Below are positions 10,101 to 17,650 of a stretch of DNA of 17,729 bases, in pieces. The notes below the pieces were generated by a model. That model saw only the letters and a program-made list of their open reading frames with translations. It was not told the DNA's origin and did not search any database. The stretch is taken from the NCBI GenBank assembly GCA_963807635.1, contig CAWEDJ010000014.1, positions 1 through 17,729 on the forward strand, written 5' to 3'. Both the position numbers and the translations under genes were made by a program. This DNA comes from an uncultured cyanobacterium (GTDB taxonomy: Bacteria > Cyanobacteriota > Cyanobacteriia > Cyanobacteriales > Microcystaceae). Position 1 is the stretch's first letter, and each line of letters begins with the position of its first letter.

Positions 10101-10765
10101 TTTTGGGCAGTTCCTCGCAAAACAGGATGATCTGGGGTCAAAGCGCGATCGCGGTGGGCAATAACATATTCATCTTTAATTAAGACCCGTAAATCTTCAT
10201 CACTGAGCAATTCCACTTTTTGGACTTCGTGGGAAGTGCGGAATCCATCAAAAAAGTGCATACAGGGAATACGAGATTCCAAACTAGCCGCCGTCGAAAT
10301 GAGGGCAAAGTCCTGAGCTTCTTGCACCGAAGCCGAACCTAACAGCGCGAAACCCGTTCCCCTTGCCGCCATGACATCGGAGTGATCTCCAAAAATCGAT
10401 AAACCCTGGGCCGCTAAAGACCGAGCCGCCACATGGATCACTGCCGCCGTCAATTCCCCTGCAATTTTGTAGAGATTGGGGATCATCAACAGTAAACCCT
10501 GGGAAGCGGTAAAAGTCGTCGTCAGCGATCCCGTCTGTAGTGCGCCATGAATTGTTCCTGCGGCTCCGCCCTCGCTCTGCATTTCCACAATCGAGGGAAT
10601 CGTTCCCCACAAGTTGGGTTTCCCTTCCGATTCCCAAGCATCGGCCCATTCTCCCATTGGCGAAGAGGGGGTAATCGGATATAGGGCAATTACTTCACTC
10701 AGTCGGTAGGCAACACGGGCGACCGCTTCATTGCCATCGATGGTTGCATAGGTTTTGGTTCTCAT
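7115..10765 (-). CDS. nifJ: Pyruvate:ferredoxin/flavodoxin oxidoreductase (PFOR)
   Basis: 1216 aa with DGNEAVA, YPITPSSPMGE, EMQSEGGAAG, GLGSDGTVGANK, two ferredoxin motifs (CVQCGKCVMVCP, CTGCALCVDVCP), GACAGCGETPY and the TPP motif GGDGWAYDIG...YSNTGGQ. RBS AAGAGGAG lies upstream. Confidence 0.98.
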   Translation of the reverse strand: MRTKTYATIDGNEAVARVAYRLSEVIALYPITPSSPMGEWADAWESEGKPNLWGTIPSIVEMQSEGGAAGTIHGALQTGSLTTTFTASQGLLLMIPNLYKIAGELTAAVIHVAARSLAAQGLSIFGDHSDVMAARGTGFALLGSASVQEAQDFALISTAASLESRIPCMHFFDGFRTSHEVQKVELLSDEDLRVLIKDEYVIAHRDRALTPDHPVLRGTAQNPDVYFQARETVNPFYEAYPRILQRIMDEFATLTSRAYHLFDYYGDPQADRVIIIMGSGAETVQETVDALNAQGQKVGLLKVRLYRPFDAIALIAALPDSVQKIAVLDRCKEPGSAGEPLYTDVVTAVQETLFGSDATLKAKIQNLKALVGGRYGLSSKEFTPGMVKGVFDNLTLESPKNHFTIGIFDDLSLTSLPYDDDFSTEPSNVVRAIFFGLGSDGTVGANKNSIKIIGEDTDNYAQGYFVYDSKKSGSVTVSHLRFGPDPIHSSYLITKANFVACHQWEFIEKFDLMTPAIPGATLLLNSPYNADELWSHLPRPLQEQIIAKGLKVYTINAFQVAREAGMGGRINTVMQVCFFALSGVLPREDAIAQIKKSIRKTYGKKGEEIVQMNMKAVDASLDHLYQVTIPAHIDENAFDLKPVIPDTAPAFIRDVLGKMMDRTGDQIPVSALPCDGTYPTGTAKWEKRNVGQEIPVWDADVCVQCGKCVMVCPHAVIRAKVYDEAELANAPATFKSTAARDHDWQGSKFTIQVAAEDCTGCALCVDVCPAKNKSQPRLRAINMQPQLPLREQERENWDFFLKLPNPDRNELNLNKISHQQMQEPLFEFSGACAGCGETPYLKLVSQLFGDRMIVANATGCSSIYGGNLPTTPWSTNAEGRGPAWSNSLFEDNAEFGLGFRVSIDKQTEFAVELLKSFASEIGENLVTEIINNHQTTEADIFEQRDRVTALKQRLGELAHGQDESQRAKIAMFQSVADYLVKKSVWIIGGDGWAYDIGYGGLDHVLSSGRNVNILVMDTEVYSNTGGQASKATPRAAVAKFAAGGKPSPKKDLGLMAMTYGNVYVASIAMGAKNEQSTRAFLEAESYPGVSLIIAYSHCIAHGINMSTAMNYQKEIVDSGRWLLYRYDPRLTEQTKNPLQLDMRSPKLTAEQTMYKENRFKMLSRSNPEEAKKLLKLAQGDINTRWAMYQYLASRHLETSNGHGSETPVTQQPETVN

Positions 10766-11193
10766 TGTCTCCTCTTAGGTCTGTAACTGGCTGGCTGATG
10801 ATCTCGATCTGATTGACCGAAATCAAGAATGATCAAATTCAATTCTTTTTTGTTCTGAGTTAAACAACTCAATGGTTGCTTTTGTCTAATGTGTTAAAGT
10901 TCTATTTATATTTGCTGAAAGTGGCTTTCTGTCTTCACTTAGCAAGTTTTTCCCCTTAGCGTTGTGGATTAAAATCCCTACTTTGATCATTAACTAAAAT
11001 TACCACTCTGAACCAATTTCTTATTGTTTGTTAATACCTTTAATTGCAAACTTTCGTTAAGCTATCGTTACGGTAGATCTATCTGATTTTTTTTGTTGCG
11101 AAGGGGTAAGCGGATGGAAAAAGAGGTGCGATCGCGCTTTCCTAAAAATTTTTCTATCATGTAAAATAAAATCAACCCATTCTTAAAAAAACT

Positions 11194-11442
11194 ATGACTG
11201 TTTTAGAAATTGCGATGCAAAAAATGCAAGATTTACCTCAGCAAAAACAGCAAGAGGTTTTAGATTTTATTGAGTTTCTAGCCCTGAAATCAGGTTCAGA
11301 ATTTCCCGATGCGATTTCCGACAATACAGAAAAAGAAAATGTTTCCTGTTATGATCTCACTAAACAATGGATTGGCATCGGTGATGATTTACCCAGTGAT
11401 CTGTCTGTTAACAAAAGCTATTTGCAAGATTACGGAAAATGA
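11194..11442 (+). CDS. DUF2281-like putative antitoxin
   Basis: LPQQKQQEVLDFIEFL at the N-terminus and IGIGDDLPSDLSVNKSYLQDYGK at the C-terminus. ATGA overlap with the downstream PIN gene. Confidence 0.8.
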   Translation: MTVLEIAMQKMQDLPQQKQQEVLDFIEFLALKSGSEFPDAISDNTEKENVSCYDLTKQWIGIGDDLPSDLSVNKSYLQDYGK

Positions 11443-11858
11443 GACGGAAAATTATTATTGATACCAGTGCTTTAGTTGCTTTGATTAATCCCAATGATCC
11501 CCATCACCGATGGGCTGTTGGACAGTGGTCAAAAATTTACCCCCCCGTTTTGACTTGTGAAGCTGTCATTTCTGAAACTTGTTTTTTATTGCGTCGAATA
11601 CATTTGATCGAAGCCGTTTTTAGTATGATTGAAACTCAGGCGATCGCCATTGATTTTAATCTTCAAAGGGAGACCTTCAATATAAGGCAATTGATGAAGC
11701 GTTATGAATCCGTTCCGATGTCTTTTGCTGATGCTTGTTTAGTCAGAATGTCAGAGAAATGGGTTAACAGTGCGGTTTTTACTTTAGACAGTGATTTTTC
11801 AATTTATCGCCGCGATCGCAATAATTTAATCCCTTTAATTGCTCCATTTTATTCTTAA
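11439..11858 (+). CDS. vapC: VapC-family PIN domain ribonuclease toxin
   Basis: IIIDTSALVAL..ND.HH, TCEAVISETCFLL, MSFADACLV and VFTLDSDFSIYR carry the conserved PIN acidic residues. Confidence 0.9.
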   Translation: MRRKIIIDTSALVALINPNDPHHRWAVGQWSKIYPPVLTCEAVISETCFLLRRIHLIEAVFSMIETQAIAIDFNLQRETFNIRQLMKRYESVPMSFADACLVRMSEKWVNSAVFTLDSDFSIYRRDRNNLIPLIAPFYS

Positions 11859-11885
11859 TACTTTTCTGGTTTATTAAACAAAAAT

Positions 11886-12170
11886 ATGCAGACTATCGTT
11901 GATATTAGCACTCTAGTCACACAAACCCAGGGTATTTGTGGAGGTCGTCCGCGTATAGCTGGAACTCGAACGGCGGTACAGACGATTGCGGTAGATTTTA
12001 ATGCAGGTATGAGTCCAGAGGAAATTATTTTGCAACGACCACACCTCAAAACTGAACAGGTTTATGCGGCTCTTGCTTATTATTATGCGAATAAGGAGTT
12101 AATGGATTTGGAGATAGCGAATTACTATCAAGATTTTGCACATTTGGAAGTTGAAAATGAAATCCGATGA
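11886..12170 (+). CDS. DUF433 family antitoxin
   Basis: ICGGRPRIAGTR..V..I....AGMSPEEI....PHL...QVYAALAYY. ATGA overlap with the next gene. Confidence 0.92.
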   Translation: MQTIVDISTLVTQTQGICGGRPRIAGTRTAVQTIAVDFNAGMSPEEIILQRPHLKTEQVYAALAYYYANKELMDLEIANYYQDFAHLEVENEIR

Positions 12171-12532
12171 GTCAAATTAAATTATATTTTGATGAAGACG
12201 CGCTTCAAAGTGCATTGGTTATTGCTCTCAAAAATGCCAATGTTGATGTAGTCACGGTTGGTGATGTTAATAGATTTGGTTTTTCTGATGAGGAGCAATT
12301 AATCTGGGCCGCAGAACAACAAAGAGTGATCTACAGTTTCAATATGGGAGATTTTCATCAACTTCATTCTCTTTTTTTGGCAGAGGCTAGAGTTCATAGC
12401 GGTATCATTCTCGTGCCACAACAGCATTATTCAATTGGGGAACAACGTCGAGGTTTGTTAAGGCTTATTAATCAAAGATCGGCAAAAAGTCTGGTAAGTC
12501 AATTAATTTTCCTAAGTGCTTACATTAACTAG
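12167..12532 (+). CDS. DUF5615 / VapC45-like PIN-like toxin
   Basis: IKLYFDED, DVVTV, SDEEQL.WA..QQRVIYSFNMGDF and HSGIIL. This family is the usual partner of DUF433. Confidence 0.88.
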   Translation: MSQIKLYFDEDALQSALVIALKNANVDVVTVGDVNRFGFSDEEQLIWAAEQQRVIYSFNMGDFHQLHSLFLAEARVHSGIILVPQQHYSIGEQRRGLLRLINQRSAKSLVSQLIFLSAYIN

Positions 12533-12722
12533 GTAAAAAGTCTCAAAGTTGAGAGAGAGGAGTCGTTTCTCCTGTCATTGCTTCGTGCCAAACTTGACGA
12601 AAATTAGCTAAAATTTCTGCTTTAGAGAGTTCATTATTATTCTCGTTTTCGGGAATTAGAGAGATTATTTGAATGTCAACATGATTATTTTAAAATATTA
12701 GTAAAAACTCATCTGAAGTCAT
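12525..12722 (-). pseudogene. Decayed RelN-like antitoxin remnant
   Basis: A single frame reads MTSDEFLLIF*NNHVDIQIISLIPENENNNELSKAEILANFRQVWHEAMTGETTPLSQL*DFLPS*. It resembles the cyanobacterial antitoxin pattern DEPL...VIVLIPE...FRQAWHEAMTG.T.P.SQLWD. Internal stops are at 12690-12692 and 12543-12545. Confidence 0.65.
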
Positions 12723-12756
12723 GTTACTCCGCCATTAATATTTTTCAGAATATTCT

Positions 12757-13590
12757 TTATCTACCAAGATTTTTTCTCATAAATCGAACTCCATTTCCTG
12801 ATAACTCCATCTTTGTCTGCTGAATAGAAGAATGAATATTTTCAGATGTATTTAATAAATTTTGATAAACATCTAAAGCATTGATAGGTTCAGCCACTCT
12901 TGTATTTTTTTCAGAATCTTGATCATCAAGTTCCAGTTGCTCAAATCCAATCAACTTTAAAAGATTAACTCCTAAACGAGTTGGTAAGAGTTCATTATTT
13001 TGATCAACTCCCACAAGTCCTAATGAAATAAGATTGTCTTCATAGTGACTAATAAAAATTTGTTTATCTTTGTCATTAATTTCAGAAGATTTATTATTTT
13101 CTTGATCTTCTTTAAGGTTAAATATATCACAATGATTACTTATAAAGTCTTGATACGCAGATGTATTATCCCTCAAAGAATAAGATCGAAGCAAGATGAT
13201 TTCAATATCATTAATTCTTTCTAATATTTCCAAAAGTCTTTTTTTCTGTAAATGATCAAGCTTTTCGGAATCTATTTTATTTTTTAAAACGGAAGCTAAA
13301 TATTTCAGGCGAATATCACTTGTCGCTCTGACAGATTGACGCAAAACATCTTCAAAAATATCAATAAAATCTATTGAATTAAATTTCTCTTGCAACTCTT
13401 CCTCACTAATATTAAATGTTTTTTGAGAAAGGATATTTAACAATTTTTCAATTCTTTCCTGACGTTGATTAGGAATGGTGACATTTAAAAGTTCAACAGC
13501 AAAAGACCCAATACCAGGAATTTGACTTATTGAGCCTCTCGCAATAGCCCCTGCATACTTTTTAATTTTTTCTTGCAGATTAGTATTCAT
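12757..13590 (-). CDS. Hypothetical protein, possibly Abi-alpha/DUF4393-like
   Basis: 277-aa ORF in very AT-rich DNA. It has IPGIGS followed by the helical segment RATSDIRLKYLASVLKN...KRLLEILERINDIEIILL and a possible winged-helix segment DNLISLGLV...PTRLGVNLLK. The ORF is well supported; the family call is tentative. Confidence 0.7.
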   Translation of the reverse strand: MNTNLQEKIKKYAGAIARGSISQIPGIGSFAVELLNVTIPNQRQERIEKLLNILSQKTFNISEEELQEKFNSIDFIDIFEDVLRQSVRATSDIRLKYLASVLKNKIDSEKLDHLQKKRLLEILERINDIEIILLRSYSLRDNTSAYQDFISNHCDIFNLKEDQENNKSSEINDKDKQIFISHYEDNLISLGLVGVDQNNELLPTRLGVNLLKLIGFEQLELDDQDSEKNTRVAEPINALDVYQNLLNTSENIHSSIQQTKMELSGNGVRFMRKNLGR

Positions 13591-13887
13591 TGGAGAGTGG
13601 ATAAAGTTTAAATATTTCCGATTCTAACAAAAAGAGTCAATAACGATCACAATCTCATGTATTAAAATATTTTTAGAAAATCAGCGATCGCCCTCTAGTA
13701 AAAAATCAAGCAAGTCATGATGGCTGAATAATAATAAGTCTGCGATCGCCACCAGCTAAAACCGATTTTCCTGCCCTCCTCGTTTTCCAACTGAATAAAA
13801 AAATGAGCAAACGGGATGTTTCGCGCTATATTCATAAAGAATCTTTACGGAATATCACCCTGATTGAGCGATCGCCGATTAAGAACT

Positions 13888-14325
13888 ATGCCAGAAGAAA
13901 CTAAACCCACCCCCGAAAAGCCCCCTGCGGCCAAAAAAGTCAAAGAACCCGCGATCGAAGATAAACCCTTCGCCGAGTTTATGGAGCAACACTTTACACC
14001 TTCCCTGAAAACGGCTCTTGCCACAGCAGGAATCCCAGAAATAGCGGTAACTTTCCAAAAACAGTCTTTACCAATTTTGGGAGCCGATCCCAGCGAACAG
14101 TGTTGGCAAGTTGTTGGCACTTGGCAAAAAGGTCAACGTCAATTTAATCTCTATTTTTGGGATGAAACGATTGGCGGTAACAAAGGATTTTCCTATTCAA
14201 CGGGAGGAAGTCGCCCCAGTACCATTGAATCTTTCATGATTGACGAACGGAAGGTCAGCTTGGATTTGATGGTGCGTTATGTTCTCCAACGGCTTAACGG
14301 TCAGAAATGGTTGATTTTAAACTAA
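13888..14325 (+). CDS. ndhV: DUF2996 family protein, NDH-1 subunit NdhV
   Basis: Lys/Pro-rich N-terminus, then IEDKPFAEFMEQHF.P.L...RQFNLYF...KGFS...IESFMIDERKVSLDLMV.YVLQRLNGQKWL. ATG at 13888 is preferred over TTG at 13864. Confidence 0.82.
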   Translation: MPEETKPTPEKPPAAKKVKEPAIEDKPFAEFMEQHFTPSLKTALATAGIPEIAVTFQKQSLPILGADPSEQCWQVVGTWQKGQRQFNLYFWDETIGGNKGFSYSTGGSRPSTIESFMIDERKVSLDLMVRYVLQRLNGQKWLILN

Positions 14326-14439
14326 TTTCGGACTTTCGTTATGATTTTTTTCTGCTTACTCCCCCTTTAATTCAGACGCAAATTCCGCTATTCTCGTAGT
14401 ATTGTCGTCCTGGTAAATTCCCTAGTGATCACTGGATCT

Positions 14440-14823
14440 ATGCGTGTTTATATACTGCTATTCAATGCCCGTACCGAAAATGAAGGAATTCATACCATTC
14501 AAATGGGCGGGCGCAATAAAATTTTGATGTTTGAGTCAGAGGATGACGCAACCCGTTTCGCTCTGCTATTAGAGGCGCAGGATTTTCCCGTTCCGACAGT
14601 AGAGGCGATGGATTCGGGCGATATTGAAGCGTTTTGCCGTGAAGCGGACTATGAGTATGAAATTGTCGGGGATGGAATGTTAGCAATTCCCCCTGAAAAC
14701 AATGTCCCTGAACCCGATTGGGATACGGCAAATCCTAAACCAATGGAAGCCGAGGAACCCGAATCAGATATTCCCCAGAGTGAACTAGATAGTATCCGTC
14801 GTCGTTTAGAAGGACTGCTTTAG
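14440..14823 (+). CDS. DUF3110 family protein
   Basis: MRVYILLFNARTENEGIHT...LMFESEDDATRFALLLEAQDFP.P.VE...PPE.N...LDSIRRRLEGLL, a conserved cyanobacterial and plastid family. Start is ATG 14440. Confidence 0.88.
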   Translation: MRVYILLFNARTENEGIHTIQMGGRNKILMFESEDDATRFALLLEAQDFPVPTVEAMDSGDIEAFCREADYEYEIVGDGMLAIPPENNVPEPDWDTANPKPMEAEEPESDIPQSELDSIRRRLEGLL

Positions 14824-14856
14824 TTTTACAGTAGAAAAAAAGCCATTGAGAAACTA

Positions 14857-15778
14857 ATGAATTCACTCGAACAACGGGGTCATCTGTTAACCGAACAAGT
14901 TAATCCCAATAGTCAAAATCTTGATCAACTCTCCTCTCTCCAATTAGTCGAACTGTTTAACCAAGAAGATGCCCTGACTCTGGCCGCGATCGCTCAGGCA
15001 AAACAGGAATTAGCCCAGGCAATTGATCTTACGACCGCATCCTTGCGTCAAGGCGGCAGATTATTTTACGTGGGAGCAGGAACCAGTTGGCCGTTTAGGG
15101 GTATTAGATGCGGCAGAATGTCCTCCCACCTTTTGCACGCCCCCTGAGATGGTACAGGGCATTATTGCGGGGGGAGCAGGGGCCTTAGTTCGTAGTTCTG
15201 AAGATTTAGAAGACCGAGCCGAAGATGGATCAGACGCGATCGCCCAACGTCACATTGGCCAAAAAGATGTGGTCGTAGGAATTGCTGCAGGAGGAACCAC
15301 TCCGTTTGTGCATGGAGCCTTAAAAGCCGCTAAACAACGGGGAGCAACGACGATCGCCATTACCTGTGTTCCGAAAGACCAGGTGAAAATAGAAGCAGAT
15401 GTGGATATTCGCCTCTTGACTGGCCCCGAAATTGTCGCAGGTTCCACTCGTCTCAAAGCAGGAACCGTGACTAAAATGGCCTTGAATATTCTTTCTACCA
15501 GCGTGATGGTGGGATTAGGCAAAGTCTATGGCAATCGCATGATCGATGTAGCAGTAACAAACCGTAAATTGCATGACCGCGCTCTGAAGATGTTAGAAGA
15601 TTTGACCGATCTCAGCCGCGAAGACTGTGGATTTTTGTTAGAACGGAGTGGAAGACGGGTTAAACTGGCCTTACTCATGCACTGGACGGGGCTAGATGTC
15701 GAGGCGGGTCAATCTCTGTTGGATAACTCCCAAGGCAATCTCCGAGCGGCGGTAGAACATCATCAAACGTCACGTTAA
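14857..15778 (+). CDS. murQ: N-acetylmuramic acid 6-phosphate etherase, split by one extra T at 15087-15088; about 306 aa when repaired
   Basis: LLTEQVNPNS.NLD...GGRLFYVGAGTS continues as GRLGVLDAAECPPTF...GIIAGG...GSTRLKAGTVTKMALNILST..MV.LGKVYGNRMIDV. Removing one T restores AGT-GGC-CGT (S-G-R). Confidence 0.95.
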
Positions 15779-15781
15779 ACT

Positions 15782-17332
15782 ATGGTTAATGCTTCTGAAA
15801 CGGCTGAAAATGCGACAAATGCGATCGCGGCAGGAACTCCTTTGGTCATTATTTTAATTCTCATTCTGGCCGCAGGAATTTTGGTTTGGGGATTTAATCG
15901 CGCGAAACCCTTCGGTAAATTGGGCATCTTAGCCTGGTTACAGTCCCTCGTTTTAATGTCTCCCTGGCTCATTTTCTTTAGTCTTGTGGCCGCAGGAATT
16001 TATCTCAATATTATTGGTATTCTTTTACTGCTAGTCGTTTCAGTGGGGGTTTATATCTATCTAGGTAAACAACTCCGCAACCTGGGTCAGGATGTGATGT
16101 TAAAAGAAAAAGCCGCCCAACGTCTCAAAGCCTTAAGCCAATTAGAATCTCCTAGTTCTGCTGATGTGGCTTCAGGTTCAACCCCTGAAAATACCGCCAT
16201 TATTCCCGAAGTTCTACCCATTCCCGAAGAAGATCTGGCCCTGCTGAAAGGCATTTTTAGTATCGACACTTTTTTTGCAACTGAAACGATTTCCTATCAA
16301 GAAGGGGCAATTTTTAAGGGCAATCTTCGGGGTGATCCTGATACGGTGTATCCCAAACTTTCTGAAAAATTAACCGCAATTTTCGGCGAAAAATATCGAC
16401 TCTTTTTAGTAGAAGGAACGGAAGAGCGGCCCATTGTGATCATCCTTCCCAGTACAAATGATCCTCAACCTACAACCCTAGTTCAAAAAAATCTAGCTTT
16501 GGTTCTCCTGCTGGCAACTCTCGCAACCAGTCTAGAGGCGATCGGGCTTTTATTTGGGTTTGATTTATCTGCTGAGTGGCGGCGTTATCCCGAAGCTTTG
16601 CCCCTAGCGGCTGGACTCTGGGGAATTTTAGCGGCCCACGAAATCGGTCATTATCTGATGGCAAAACGTCGTCAAGTTCGTCTGAGTATCCCTTTTTTCC
16701 TCCCCAATTGGCAGATCGGCTCATTCGGTGCCATTACCCGTTTTGAATCTCTTTTACGCGATCGCTCTACCCTCTTTGATATTTCCTTTGCTGGCCCTGC
16801 ACTTGGGGTTTTAGTGTCCCTGGTTATCTTGTTTATTGGGCTAGTAATTTCCCATCCAGGCAGTCTTTTTCAATTACCAACCCAATTTTTCCAAGGTTCC
16901 ATTCTCATCGGTTCTTTAGCACGAGTTGTTTTAGGGGAAGAATTGCAAAAATCGATTGTGGATATTAGTCCTCTGGTTGCCTTGGGATGGTTGGGTTTAG
17001 TGATTAATGCGCTGAATTTATTACCCGCAGGTCAATTGGATGGGGGACGCATTGTTCAAGCGATCTATGGCCGCAAGATTGCACGACGCACCACGATCGC
17101 GACTTTGGTGGTTTTAGGCATTGTTTCTTTTATTAATCCTGTCAATCCTATTCCCCTCTATTGGGCGGTTGTCATTCTGTTTTTACAACGAGATTTGGAA
17201 CGTCCAAGTTTGAATGAATTAACTGAACCCGATGATGCTCGTGCGGCTTGGGGTTTGTTGGCTTTATTTTTGATGTTGGCGACGTTGATTCCCCTCAGTC
17301 CAGGGTTAGCAGGGCGTTTGGGAATTGGGTGA
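15782..17332 (+). CDS. Site-2 protease, M50 family membrane metalloprotease (EGY-like)
   Basis: HEIGH zinc motif, GSFGAITRF, FDISFAGP and NLLPAGQLDGGRI, with multiple hydrophobic segments. Confidence 0.93.
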   Translation: MVNASETAENATNAIAAGTPLVIILILILAAGILVWGFNRAKPFGKLGILAWLQSLVLMSPWLIFFSLVAAGIYLNIIGILLLLVVSVGVYIYLGKQLRNLGQDVMLKEKAAQRLKALSQLESPSSADVASGSTPENTAIIPEVLPIPEEDLALLKGIFSIDTFFATETISYQEGAIFKGNLRGDPDTVYPKLSEKLTAIFGEKYRLFLVEGTEERPIVIILPSTNDPQPTTLVQKNLALVLLLATLATSLEAIGLLFGFDLSAEWRRYPEALPLAAGLWGILAAHEIGHYLMAKRRQVRLSIPFFLPNWQIGSFGAITRFESLLRDRSTLFDISFAGPALGVLVSLVILFIGLVISHPGSLFQLPTQFFQGSILIGSLARVVLGEELQKSIVDISPLVALGWLGLVINALNLLPAGQLDGGRIVQAIYGRKIARRTTIATLVVLGIVSFINPVNPIPLYWAVVILFLQRDLERPSLNELTEPDDARAAWGLLALFLMLATLIPLSPGLAGRLGIG

Positions 17333-17352
17333 TAATTGATGGGCAAATGAAC

Positions 17353-17648
17353 TTTAAGATAAGGTTTAATGTGGTTATAACTTCTTCCCATTAAGAGGAC
17401 GTTTGAAAAGGGTTAGTTGTAACGAGAGAATAGGGTTTTCGACATCTTCCTTTAACGAAAGAATGAGGGTTTCAGAGATCGTGAGAGACTTCTCAAACGT
17501 CCTCTAAAGGAAACTGAGTTAACTGTTTAAGTTTCTGGTTAAAAAGTTGAAATAGTTTCTCTCCTGCGGTTACATTAACCGTCAAAAAGTAGTCTGCAAT
17601 TTTGTTTAAATCTCGACTGGCAGTAGGAGCAATAATAAATTTTTTCAT
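17353..17648 (-). pseudogene. parE: ParE/RelE-family toxin, interrupted by a MITE and 3'-truncated
   Basis: 17648-17505 reads MKKFIIAPTASRDLNKIADYFLTVNVTAGEKLFQLFNQKLKQLTQFPL. After the MITE, 17391-17353 continues MGRSYNHIKPYLK, giving the ParE-type L.QFP.MGR.Y motif. The expected C-terminal YIIFY strand is not seen. Confidence 0.85.
17395..17504. mobile_element. 110-bp MITE, probably derived from an IS5-family (IS1031-like) element
   Basis: 16-bp TIRs GAGGACGTTTGAAAAG (17395-17410) and CTTCTCAAACGTCCTC (17489-17504) differ by one base. TAA is duplicated at 17392-17394 and 17505-17507. Removing the element plus one TAA restores the parE frame. Confidence 0.92.
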
Positions 17649-17650
17649 TA

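Larger units (their letters stand above)
1286..16765. repeat. HIP1 octamer GCGATCGC, dispersed
   Basis: About 20 perfect copies counted by eye (e.g. 1286, 2035, 3169, 7333, 11128, 11640, 13684, 13742, 13868, 14986, 16758), far above chance for an 8-mer in 17.7 kb. Confidence 0.95.

Noticed and set aside
7367..10649. Short ORFs inside nifJ (7367, 7910, 7971, 10284)
   Set aside because: Shadow frames of a long conserved gene with no recognisable motifs. The same applies to the short ORFs overlapping fusA, pfkA, DUF433, ndhV, DUF3110, murQ and the M50 gene.
11820..13680. Absence of HIP1 as proof of foreign origin
   Set aside because: Only about two sites would be expected in this span, and a similar gap occurs at about 4815-7330, so it is not significant alone.
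17158..17391. 77-aa minus-strand ORF as an independent gene
   Set aside because: Only its first 13 or so residues are meaningful (the parE remnant). The rest is antisense to the site-2 protease.
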